From Octopus sinensis (taxonomy: Eukaryota): a stretch of 64,000 nt of DNA. Location of the stretch: the NCBI RefSeq assembly GCF_006345805.1, contig NC_042999.1, positions 13,826,001 through 13,890,000 of the forward strand. Direction: 5' to 3'. The number at the start of each line of letters is the position of its first letter. Position 1 is the first letter of the stretch. The notes under the pieces are model-generated. The model was given only the letters and a program-made list of their open reading frames with translations. It searched no databases and had not been told where the DNA came from. Below are positions 52,251 to 64,000 of this stretch, piece by piece. The position numbers were made by a program, and so were the translations under genes.

Positions 52251-53204
52251 AAAAGAATTTGGTAAATGTTTACATGGCATTGACTGTAGGGAAACTTTAT
52301 TGATTCGTTAAGTTAGTCGGAGCCAAGTTGTTTAACTTTGAAAGCAGATCTGAGAAATGGATTGCCAGCAACTGATGCTTCTCACATCAAAGGAACTGAC
52401 TACCTTTGTAAAACGATGGTAAACATAAAAATACGGTAATGAATTAACAACTAGTCTCGTAAAAAACAGTCAACTGAAATATGCAGTTTCTTTAATACAC
52501 TCACTCGCGCTCTTATAAGGTTTCTATCAAGCGGATTAATTTCTTATTCTTTATAAACAAATCTTTTTACTCCACTTTGTCGTTATCTTCTTATAAAATT
52601 AAAACAAAAACTAAACATTTGGAAGCAAGCAATATTTAATCATATATTTCGAATACGAATCGCACACACACACACACACACACAAGGAAAAGAAAAAATA
52701 AGGGCGATGTTTCGTTTTATGATCCATTAAATAAAATCTACCTATGTCGGAAGACGGAAACTCGACAGTGAAACGAAAATGAAAGGATTGTCTTGCTTTG
52801 AAATGAAATAAAAAATGGTGTAAACCTTTAGTAAAAAGAAAATGTAATTGTAAAATGAGATTTCTTTTTGTTGTAAAATTATTTTATTTTATTATAACTT
52901 GTTTATAAATAAAAAAAATATATAAAGATTAGTATGTGTGGAAGGTTTTTAACAAACAATCTAAAAGCATTTTCTTTGACTGTCACCAAGTAAATTCCTG
53001 CAAGCCATCACCATCATCATTATCATCACCATCATCATCATCATCATTTCATGTTTGTTTTCCCCATTTCGAGCAATCAATGACATTATGAGTCTTTGAA
53101 GACAGTTGCTCCCATAAATGCCAAAATAAAGAAACCAAATGAGTTAAATACGGAAATAAAGAGAGAGAGAGAGAGAAAAAAAGACAAGTAATACAAAGAA
53201 TGAC

Positions 53205-53495
53205 ACTGCATCAGTTGTCGGCCGTCTACTCCTCATTTCGAGCAATCGAAGACAACATGAGTCTTCGAAGACAGTTGTACATCAGTCAAACCTCCAAGAC
53301 ATCAGACTCAGCAATGTCACCCCAGTCTTGCATCATTTCCCCTCTACCAGTCATTCACTACAACACTTGTCTGTGTTCGGATTGTCTTTGCACAGGAGCC
53401 ATCCGGACTCCCACCTTCAGTGTGAACAGGAATTAATCTTCTCTCTTAGCTCCTTTGCACCACATGGGCTCAACTCCCGTCTTCTCTTCATCTGA
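53205..53495 (+). mobile_element. Penelope-like element GIY-YIG endonuclease C-terminal remnant
   Basis: Reads QLYISQT...LQDIRLSNVTPVLHHF..SHSLQHLSVFGL...EQELIFSLSSFAPHGLN. This matches the PLE pattern YIGxT...PV.xHF...E..LI..L....P.GLN. Confidence 0.8.
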
Positions 53496-54064
53496 CTCCC
53501 CTCTTCTCCTCTCTTCATCTGACACCTACTTCCTCTCTTCACTCCTACCTACCTTCTCTCTTAATTGATACCCCCTCCATCCCCACTCCTACCCCCACTT
53601 CTATATGACAGTTAAAAGTTTTCATTGCAAAATATATTCTGGTCATTTACATGAAAACCGTCCATTGGAAAACTTGTCTTCAGGTTTCCCGCTTATTTGG
53701 CTACACACCAGGCAATCTGATTGGTCAAGCCATGTTTGAGAAGGCATTAATGCATGTATGATATCAATTAATTTCTCATAGCTGATCTTGTTTTTTATGG
53801 TAACATAGTTAGGCCAAGCTCTTAATCTGGCGAAAATGAGTAATTTCAGTACTAGGCAGAAGCTTTGCTACAAAGAATTGGATTATTATATTTTTGATAG
53901 CTGACTAATTTTTGTCAAAGTTATAAGAGACAACCTCATTTCATTCTATTGTATATAAATATTTTGACTAACACTCATGTGTATGTATGTAGATATGTAT
54001 GTGTGTATATATGTATATATGTGTATGCTTATATGTATAAGTGTGTGTATGCATGCATGTAAAT

Positions 54065-54570
54065 GCATATCATCATCAACATTTATTGCCTGTTGTCCAT
54101 GCTGGCATGGGTTGGACAGTTTGTCCAGGGCTGGCAAGCTGAGAGGCTGCACCAGACTCCAGTCTGATTTGATACAGTCGCTATGGCTGAATGCCCTTCC
54201 TAACACCAACCACTGCAAGAAAATAATGGGTGCTTTAATGTGCCACTGGCATGGGTGTCAGTTGTGTGACACCAGTATCTGCCAGACTGTGATTTCACTC
54301 GGCTTCATGGATCTTCTACTCAAATACGGCATGTTACCAAAAGTCTCAGTCATTTGTCATTGCTACCATGATGCCCAACGTTCAAAAGTGCTTTTTATGT
54401 GCCACCAGTACAGGTGCTAGTTGTGTGACAGTGGCATCGACCACATTGCCTCCATGAGGCCCAATGCTCAAAAGGTGCTTTTTATGTGCCACCAGCACAG
54501 GTGCTACTTATACGATACCAGCATTGCCCATATTGCCTCTGTGAGGCCCAACACTCAATAGGGGGTTTTT
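54065..54570 (-). mobile_element. Old, diverged RTE 3' fragment
   Basis: Degenerate copy of the shared 3' end. Confidence 0.7.
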
Positions 54571-54597
54571 ATGTGCCACCATATATATATATATATA

Positions 54598-54792
54598 ATG
54601 TGACCGCGTGTGTAACATTGGTGATTTTTTTTCCTCTGTCTTCCCTTCTCTGGATCTTTCCTTCTCCTATGTTTCCGATGAAGAGCTCCGCTCGAAACGT
54701 TAAACCCTCCTTCTTTCCTGAGCGTCCAATAATACTATATTTGTTCCACGTCCTCGTGTTGTGTTTTTTTGTGCTTTCTTGTTTGGATTAAC
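54598..54792 (+). mobile_element. Short non-coding element with a minimal hammerhead-like motif (probable Penelope pseudo-LTR)
   Basis: GTTT CCGATGA A GAGC TCC GCTC GAAA CGTT AAAC at 54671-54705. The element is flanked by (TA)n. Confidence 0.7.
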
Positions 54793-55273
54793 TTTATATA
54801 TATATATATATATAAACCAAGATATAATTTGAGTTCTATCTCAATCCTCATTCAAGCGTGACACAAACACACACACCAAGGTCAACTTTGCCTTTCATAT
54901 TTTCATATTTTCATGGTCAATAAAATAAGACACAACTCTACAAACTGCTGTCAATCATATCAACTAGCCCCTCCCCTAAAGATTGTGTGACAGTGACATC
55001 AACCACATTGCCTCCATGAGGCCCAATGCTCAAAAGGTGCTTTTTATGTGCCACCAGCACAGGTGCTACTTATACTTTTCATGGTCAATAAAATAAGACA
55101 CAACTCTACAAACTGCTGTCAATCATATCAACTAGCTCCTCCCCTAAAAATTGCTGGCCTTGTACCCAAATTAGAAACCATTTTTGTACCAGCCTGTATG
55201 CTTTCCCTCAGCAGGTAAGCTATGGAATATACAGATGTGCCAAGTAAGTTTTATCTATCTATCTCTTTATCTA

Positions 55274-55304
<31 letters not shown>

Positions 55305-55306
<2 letters not shown>

Positions 55307-55810
55307 TCATCATCATCATCATCATTTAACGTCCGTTTTCCGCGCTAGCACGGGTTGGACGGTTTCGACCGGGGTCTGGGGAGCTCGGGACTGCCCCAGG
55401 CTCCAGTCTAGTCTGGCAGTGTTTCTACAGCTGGATGCCCTTCCTAACGCCAACCACTCCGCGAGTGTAGTGGGTGTTTTTTACGTGCCACCTGCACAGG
55501 TGCCAGAGGGGTCTGGCATCGGCCACGTTCGGATGGTGCTTTTTATGTGGGGGGGGGGGAGAAATATAGGGGGAGCACCAGTGGGGAGGGGTGGTTCAGA
55601 GAAATGATGACAGGTTCTAGGCAAGTAGAACGTAGGATATCAAGAGAGGGGTAATGCATGGTCAAATAGCGTATTGAAGAGGGGGGTTCGAAGAGTAGAC
55701 ACCTATAATGGTGGTGGGAGAAGCGACATCCGGTATAGATGGAGCAAAAATATAGAGATATCCGGTATTGGTGGTGGGGGTGGGCAAGGGCGGGTGCACC
55801 GGGAATATGA
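55305..55810 (-). mobile_element. Second copy of the unclassified RTE-tailed element
   Basis: The RTE 3' end has the same CCGCGCTAGCACGG variant as 746-1000. The body is homologous to 1210-1700. Confidence 0.6.
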
Positions 55811-55972
55811 CGGGCTGGCTTAAAAATGCTCTTAGCAAAGGAAGAGGGGGGATGGCAGACAACGTAAAAGAGGGAGAGAGAGAAGGGAAATAGTGGAACC
55901 CCGCGAAAATGGGCCGCCATTGAAAAAACCCCTGTATGGAGAAATAATATGCAATACAAGGCGAAGCTGAAA

Positions 55973-56024
<52 letters not shown>

Positions 56025-56335
56025 GCAAATTTTCGACCGAGGATCAAAGGGACAATACTAATACTACTAATAATAGTAATAATAATAATAATAAACAGCT
56101 CAACCACAACATTAGATTAGAAAGACTCTCTTATCTTGGGAACATTTCGTTCTTCGGCCTGACACGGGAATATGACGGGCTGGCTTAAATGCTCTTAGCA
56201 AAGGAAGAGGGGGGATGGCAGACAACGTAAAAGAGGGAGAGAGAGAAGGGAAATAGTGGAACCCCGCGAAAATGGGCCGCCATTGAAAAAACCCCTGTAT
56301 GGAGAAATAATATGCAATACAAGGCGAAGCTGAAA

Positions 56336-56378
<43 letters not shown>

Positions 56379-56398
56379 GCAAATTTTCGAAAATTTGC

Positions 56399-56442
<44 letters not shown>

Positions 56443-56758
56443 CTATTTTCAGCTTCGCCTTGTATTGCATATTATTTCTCCATACAGGGGTTTTTTCAAT
56501 GGCGGCCCATTTTCGCGGGGTTCCACTATTTCCCTTCTCTCTCTCCCTCTTTTACGTTGTCTGCCATCCCCCCTCTTCCTTTGCTAAGAGCATTTAAGCC
56601 AGCCCGTCATATTCCCGTGTCAGGCCGAAGAACGAAATGTTCCCAAGATAAGAGAGTCTTTCTAATCTAATGTTGTGGTTGAGCTGTTTATTATTTATTA
56701 TTATTACTATTATTAGTAGTATTAGTATTGTCCCTTTGATCCTCGGTCGAAAATTTGC

Positions 56759-56798
<40 letters not shown>

Positions 56799-57110
56799 TT
56801 TCAGCTTCGCCTTGTATTGCATATTATTTCTCCATACAGGGGTTTTTTCAATGGCGGCCCATTTTCGCGGGGTTCCACTATTTCCCTTCTCTCTCTCCCT
56901 CTTTTACGTTGTCTGCCATCCCCCCTCTTCCTTTGCTAAGAGCATTTAAGCCAGCCCGTCATATTCCCGTGTCAGGCCGAAGAACGAAATGTTCCCAAGA
57001 TAAGAGAGTCTTTCTAATCTAATGTTGTGGTTGAGCTGTTTATTATTTATTATTATTACTATTATTAGTAGTATTAGTATTGTCCCTTTGATCCTCGGTC
57101 GAAAATTTGC

Positions 57111-57156
<46 letters not shown>

Positions 57157-57471
57157 TTTCAGCTTCGCCTTGTATTGCATATTATTTCTCCATACAGGGG
57201 TTTTTTTCAATGGCGGCCCATTTTCGCGGGGTTCCACTATTTCCCTTCTCTCTCTCCCTCTTTTACGTTGTCTGCCATCCCCCCTCTTCCTTTGCTAAGA
57301 GCATTTAAGCCAGCCCGTCATATTCCCGTGTCAGGCCGAAGAACGAAATGTTCCCAAGATAAGAGAGTCTTTCTAATCTAATGTTGTGGTTGAGCTGTTT
57401 ATTATTTATTATTATTATTACTATTATTAGTAGTATTAGTATTGTCCCTTTGATCCTCGGTCGAAAATTGC

Positions 57472-57523
<52 letters not shown>

Positions 57524-57833
57524 TTTCAGCTTCGCCTTGTATTGCATATTATTTCTCCATACAGGGGTTTTTTCAATGGCGGCCCATTTTCGCGGGGTTC
57601 CACTATTTCCCTTCTCTCTCTCCCTCTTTTACGTTGTCTGCCATCCCCCCTCTTCCTTTGCTAAGAGCATTAAGCCAGCCCGTCATATTCCCGTGTCAGG
57701 CCGAAGAACGAAATGTTCCAAGATAAGAGAGTCTTTCTAATCTAATGTTGTGGTTGAGCTGTTTATTATTTATTATTATTACTATTATTAGTAGTATTAG
57801 TATTGTCCCTTTGATCCTCGGTCGAAAATTTGC

Positions 57834-57869
<36 letters not shown>
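55805..57869. repeat. Tandem array of a ~360-bp unit with an orientation switch near 56388
   Basis: About 1.6 units run in one orientation, then a palindromic junction aaattttcgaaaattt, then 4+ units in the reverse orientation. Confidence 0.95.
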
Positions 57870-57871
<2 letters not shown>

Positions 57872-58175
57872 AAAAAATGGAGTTAACGCAGGTTTAAACA
57901 AGTATTTTTTCTTTCTACATATGTTTCAAAAATTCCACTGATACTTATTCAAAAGAATAAAAGGTATAAACAATGCAATCTTCTCTTCGGTAAAATACAC
58001 TCATCTATATATATATATATATTATATATATATATATAACCCATGCTAGCATGGAAAGCGGACGTTAAACGATGATGATGATGATGATGATGATGATGAT
58101 AGGCTTCTTTCAGTTTCTGTCTACCAAATCTACTCACAAGGCTTATATATGTATACATGCATACATGCATGCATA

Positions 58176-58223
<48 letters not shown>

Positions 58224-59116
58224 CATTCACTTATACTTTAGTCTCCCTCCCTGCCTCTAACCCACAATCCTTTATTATAATTTGTTCACAATTGGGATGC
58301 CTCGTAGGATTATCAAATCAACCCTGGTAATCAATCTGGAAAGATAAGTAAATACCAGAGGCACTTTATCTGACTCTCTAATGATTATGCAAATTAATTG
58401 CCATCGCCTTGTTTGTGTCCACAATAAGAGCATTGCCTCCTTTCATAATCATGACACATCTGTATATTCCATAGTTTACCTGCTGAGGGAAAGCATACAG
58501 GCTGATACAAAAATGGTTTCTAATTTGGGTACAAGGCCAGCAATTTTTAGGGGAGGGGCTAGATGATATGATTGACAACAGTTTGTAGAGTTGTGTCTTA
58601 TTTTATTGACCATGAAAATATGAAAATATGAAAGGCAAAGTTGACCTTGGTATGTGTGTTTGTGTCACGCTTGAATGAGGATTGAGATAGAACTCAAATT
58701 ATCAAAGGGAGTGACTTCCTTCGATTACAGTTTTTTTGGTAAAGAAGTTTAATCCTTTAGCATTTAAACTGGACACATCCAGCCAAAATATTCTACCTGC
58801 TTTATGGTCAGACTGGTCACATCTGGTCTCTCTCTACCATACAATGTAGTTCTAAAAATTCTAACAATCACATACTTTTTTACTCTTTTACTTGTTTAAG
58901 TCATTTGACTGTGGCCATGCTGGAGCACCACCTTTAGTCAAGCAAATCAACCCCAGGACTTATTCTTTGTAAGCCTAGTACTTATTCTCTCAGTCTCTTT
59001 TGCCGAATTGCTAAGTTATGGGTACGTAAACACACCAGCATCGATTGTCAAGCGATGTTGGGGGACAAACACAGACACACAAACACACATACACACACAT
59101 ATATATATATATAGTT

Positions 59117-59322
59117 ACTCCAAACATGAACAAAGAGAAAACACAACAACGCAAGGACGTGGAACAAGTATAATGTCATTGGACGCTCAGGAAAGGTAAG
59201 AAAGAAGGAGGATTTAACATTTCAAGCAGAGCTCTTCATCAGAAACATAGAAAAAGGAAAGGTCCAAGGAAGGGAAGATGGAGAATGAAAATCGCCAATG
59301 ATACACACGCGGTCACATACAT
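59117..59322 (-). mobile_element. Second copy of the hammerhead-bearing element, nested in a SINE
   Basis: The minus strand reads GTTT CTGATGA A GAGC TCT GCTT GAAA TGTT AAAT (59246-59212). The whole element is homologous to 54598-54792. Confidence 0.7.
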
Positions 59323-60997
59323 CTACATATATACGACGGGCTTCCTTTCAGTTTCTGTCTACCAAATCCACTCACAAGGCTTTGGTCGGCCCGAGGCTAT
59401 AGTAGAAGACACTTGCCCAAGGTGCCACTTACTGGGACTGAACCCAGAACCATGAGGCCACATCTGTGCCTCAAAATCTTGAAACTACAACATGATTTAT
59501 GATTACTTCAAAATAATACAATGTGAATAAAGAAGCATTAGATTTGACAAAGTAATCTGAACACTAAAGGGTTAAGGATTAACGTTACCAACATGGGATT
59601 TTGTAAAGGCTCTTACAGCCATTCCAAGTGCATGAAATGTAGTTACAAACCTGGAGACAATGGAAAAATTTACTGGAAAATTTCTACAAGGGTGACTTGG
59701 TCTCCTACTGTAATATATGGAAGCTGAGCTATGTAGTGCCACTGTAGATCTCCAATTGCTTTTAGTATCTTCAGTGAAGGAGTTTTAAGTAGGAATTCCT
59801 CACTGCTATATGATGCTACAAGACTTGGTGGTTCCCATTTTCTGTGCAACCTATCCAGTAATGTTTACAGAAAAGAAAAAGCTGTTGAGGCTGCAGAGAT
59901 TGTCCTGGAAATGAAAAAGATGATGGGTTTAATATAGAGTATGCAAACATGGCTGGATGGGTACAGGACAAATAGATAAGAAATTGTGACAAAGTAATTC
60001 ATCATATTTATGAGGAGGAAGGGCATATGGTAAAAGAAGTTGTAGCAAGGCTCTACCTGAGTTTTGAACTATTGCACTCAAATTCCACAGCTACCATGCT
60101 GCCATAAAAGACAAGGCCAGTTATGAAAAATAAGTTGCATAGCCATAAATGGTATTAACACCTACATGAATGTGGCTTGGCCAATCAGAATTTGCAATTA
60201 AAGAAAGTTGGAGAAAACTTTTCAAATATAAATGTATACAAAAAAAATTATACAAAAATAAGCATTAATTTCTCTTTTACTGTTATTTTTGTTTCGTTTT
60301 GGAAAATAAAAATTTTGTCTTATGGTTTATTAGTGTTTACGTTTTGAATTACATATATATGGGGATGTCAAAATCTTTTAAGCGCTTAGGACTGCTAAGG
60401 GTTGTAATCTGGCCCTGTGTGTGCATTAGTGTGTGTGTGTGTGTGTGTGTAATCTATATAGCGAGAGAGTGAGGGTGAGAGAGAAATGTCAAATGGATGA
60501 TTGCAGTATTCTGCAATAAAAGGAGGACACCTCAACAAAACAAACAAAGCAGGAATATTTGATTTATTGGCTCCATACAACGTAGGCAGGTGTTTCAATT
60601 CTCATTTCAATTAAAATACCTGTTAGTGTATTTGTATACACAACAATATGAAAATAGAAATATGTTTTCCTTACACGTTGTATATAAATACATATATATA
60701 TATCCATACACACAAAAATATCAGTATTTGATACTACGGATTCATACATATTTGTGCATATGTGTCATTGCATGTCTTTTTTTTTTAATTTTTTAGTTGT
60801 TTCAGTCATTAGACTGTGGCCATGCTGGGGCACCGCCTTGAAGTTTTGGTCGAATGAATCAACTCCAGTACTTCTTTTTCTTTTTCTTTTCAATATGGTA
60901 CCTATTCTCTCAGTCTCTTTTGAAGGGGATATAAACACACCAGCACTGGTTGCCAAGTAGTAACAGGGAGAGAACACTGACACAAAAACACACACAC

Positions 60998-61067
<70 letters not shown>

Positions 61068-61069
<2 letters not shown>

Positions 61070-61337
61070 TCATCATCATCATCATCATTTAACGTCCGCT
61101 TTCCATGCTAGCATGGGTTGGACGGTTCAACTGGGGTCTGGGGAGCCCGAAGGCTGCACCAGGCCAGTCAGATCTGGCAGTGTTTCCACAGCTGGATGCC
61201 CTTCCTAACGCCAACCACTCCGAGAGTGTAGTGGGTGATTTTATGTGCCACCGACTCAAGTGCCAGACGAGGCTGGCGAACGGCCACGCTCGGATGGTGT
61301 TTTTATGTGCCACCGACACAGGTGCCAGACAAGGCTA

Positions 61338-61340
<3 letters not shown>
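61068..61340 (-). mobile_element. RTE 3' fragment, same subfamily as 9941-10400
   Basis: Near-identical 3' sequence including gccagacgaggctggc units; flanked by (TA)n. Confidence 0.85.
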
Positions 61341-61409
<69 letters not shown>

Positions 61410-61422
61410 CATGTATCATCAT

Positions 61423-61459
<37 letters not shown>

Positions 61460-61758
61460 GAGGCGCAATGGCCCAGTGGTTAGGGCAGCGGACTCGCGGT
61501 CGTAGGATCGCGGTTTCGATACCCAGACCAGGCGTTGTGAGTGTTTATTGAGCAAAAACACCTAAACGCTCCACGACGGTCCGGCAGGGGGTGGTGATCC
61601 CTGCTGTACTCTTTCACCACTCTTTCTCTCTTTCTTCAGTTGGCCTGCTCGCTTAGCCAGCGGGGTGGCATCATTCGAAGGCTAAAACAATGCGAAGCGC
61701 ATTGTGACCAGCGATGTGTAACAACATCTGATGGTCTGGTCGGTCACGTGATCACGTG

Positions 61759-61799
<41 letters not shown>

Positions 61800-62058
61800 C
61801 AACAAGAATAATATTTGTCTCTTATTACAGAAACAAAATGGTTTATAGGACTGAAAAAGAAGTGCTCAAATATAATTGAGATGAAGATAAAAAAGCATTA
61901 GCTATAGAACATTAATTTTGGGTCAATGACTTTACATACAAAACCACCCTTCAAACATTTAATCATATATAAAAAACACCATGGTCTACAAACACATAAA
62001 AAAGCAAAAAAATATTACATATACATAAAATCACAAAGTGTTAAAGTATATATATCCT

Positions 62059-63018
62059 ATCATCATCATCATCATCATCGTTTAACATCCACTTTCCATG
62101 CTAGCATGGGTTGGACGATTTGACTGAGGACTGGCGAACCAGAAGGCTGCACCAGGCTCCAATCTTGATCTGGAAGAGCTTCTACAGCTGGATGCCCTTC
62201 TTAACGCCAATCACTCTGAGAGTGTAGTGGGTGCTTTTCGTGACACTGGCACGAGAGCCAGTCTTGCGGTACTGGCAACGGCCACGCTCAAATGGTGATT
62301 TTTTACATGCCACCTGCACAGGAGCCAGTCCAGCGGCACTGGCAACAACCTTGCTCCAATGTTTTTTCACGTGCCAGGAAGGCAACGCTGGTAACAATCA
62401 TGCTCGAATGGTGCTTTTTACGTGCCACCGGCATAGAAGCTAGTTTGCTGCTCTGGCAGTGATCACACTCGGATGGTGCTCTTAGTGCTCCACTAGCACG
62501 AATGCCAGTCTTCAGATTTGATTTCGATTTCACTTGCCTCAACAGGTCTTCGCAAGCATAGTTTAGTGTCCAATGAAGGAAAGGTACGCATAAATGGGCT
62601 AGTTACACCCTGGCATAGGCCACGAGGTTTTGGTCTCATTTGGCTTGCCAGGTCTTCTCAAGCACAGCATATTTCCAAAAGTCTCGGTCACTAGTCATTG
62701 CCTCAGTGAGGCCTAATGTTCAAAGGTTGTGCTTCACCACTTCATCCCAGGTCTTCCTAGGTCTACCTCTTCCACAGGTTCCCTCAACGGCTAGGGTGCA
62801 GCACTTTTCACGCAGCTATCTTCATCCATTATCACCACATGACCATACCAATGCAGTCGTCTCTCTTGCACACCACATCTGATGCTTCTTAGGTCCAACT
62901 TTTCTCTCAAGGTACTAACACTATGTTGAGTATGCACACTGACATTACACATCCATTGGATCATACTAGCTTCATTCCTTGCGAGCTTACGCATGTCCTC
63001 AGCAGTCATGGTCCATGT

Positions 63019-63020
<2 letters not shown>
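62059..63020 (-). mobile_element. 5'-truncated RTE-clade LINE (ORF end, long hairpin-repeat 3' UTR, (GAT)n tail); parent of the abundant 3' fragments
   Basis: Reads MRKLARNEASMIQWMCNV...LREKL...QERRLHWYGHV, then after a frameshift GRGRPRKTWDEVV...DRDFWKYAV (stop 62638-62636). It continues into the same 3' sequence seen in many short copies. Confidence 0.9.
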
Positions 63021-63053
<33 letters not shown>

Positions 63054-63309
63054 CAACAAGAATAATATTTGTCTCTTATTATAGAAACAAAATGGTTTAT
63101 AGGACTGCAAAAGAAGTGCTCAAATATAAATGAGACGAAGATAAAAAAGCATTAGCTATAGAACATTAATTTTGGGTCAACGACTTTACATACAAAACCA
63201 CCCTTCAAACATTTAATCATATATAAAAAAACACCATGGTCTACAAACACATAAAAAAAGCAAAATAATATTACATATACATAAAATCACAGAATGTCAA
63301 AATATATCC

Positions 63310-63495
63310 TATCATCATCATCGTCGTTTAACGTCCACTTTCCATGCTGGCATGGGTTGGACAGTTTGACTGAGGACTGGCGAACCAGATGACTGCACCG
63401 GACTCCAATCTGATCTGGCAGAGTTTCTACAGCTGGATGCCCTTCCTAACGCCAATCTCTCCGAGGGTGTAGTGGGTACTTTTACATGCCACTAT
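63310..63495 (-). mobile_element. Short RTE 3' fragment
   Basis: Shared 3' end, ending at (TA)n. Confidence 0.8.
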
Positions 63496-64000
63496 ATATA
63501 TATAGGCACAGGAGTGGCTGTGTGGTAAGTAGCTTGTTTACCAACCACATGGTTCCGGGTTCAGACCCACTGGTGGCACCTTGGGCAAGTGTCTTCTACT
63601 ATAGCCTCGGGCCGACCAAAGCCCTGTGAGTGGATTTGGTAGACGGAAACTGAAAGAAGCCCGTCGTATATATGTATATATATATGAGTGTGTGTGTGTC
63701 TGTGTTTGTCCCCCTAGTATTGCTTGACAACCGATGCTGGTGTTTTTATGTCCCCGTTACTTAGCGGTTCGGCAAAAGAGACCGATAGAATAAGTACTGG
63801 GCTTACAAAAGAATAAGTCCTAGGATCGAGTTGCTCGATTAAAGGCGGTGCTCCAGCATGGCCGCAGTCAAATGACTGAACAAGTAAAAGAGTAAAAGAG
63901 TATATATATATACATACGCATCCATTTCCAAGTAAGTTAATCTTAACCCCTTCCCCGGCAACTTTTTTGGTAGAAAACCTTTCATTTTCAGACAAATTTT

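Noticed and set aside
55805-57869. Possible CRISPR array or retrozyme array
   Set aside because: The units are whole ~360-bp duplicates with no unique spacers and no cas genes. I found no intact CUGANGA/GAAA hammerhead in either orientation; ccgaagaacgaaatgtt and gatcctcggtcgaaa are only partial look-alikes.
59590-60090. Possible decayed coding sequence (EKAVEAAEIVLEMKK...)
   Set aside because: It has multiple stops and no recognisable family motif.

Overview
AT-rich, repeat-saturated animal DNA, most likely octopus (inferred from repeat families and microsatellite style). One host coding exon is recognisable. It is the first coding exon of a GAF-domain cyclic-nucleotide phosphodiesterase (PDE11/PDE5 type) on the minus strand (ATG 47729, donor after 46965). 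I found no next exon, so 1-46964 is probably one very large intron, and 47.9-53 kb is a TE-poor candidate 5'/regulatory zone. The rest is a mosaic of mobile DNA. It includes a decayed full-length mariner, remnants of CR1, two RTE families, Tx1/L1 and Penelope retroelements, about 17 5'-truncated RTE 3' ends, several tRNA-derived SINE families, non-autonomous Helitrons and several MITE families. The most unusual observations are: two copies of a short element carrying a minimal hammerhead-ribozyme-like motif; an uncharacterised element family carrying the RTE 3' end, with compensatory changes in its terminal hairpin; a fold-back tandem array inside an inverted duplication at 54.8-58.7 kb; a 23-bp transposon made only of its two ends; and an ATG-TAA start-stop element upstream of the PDE start. 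No database searches were run, so all family names come from motif recognition.
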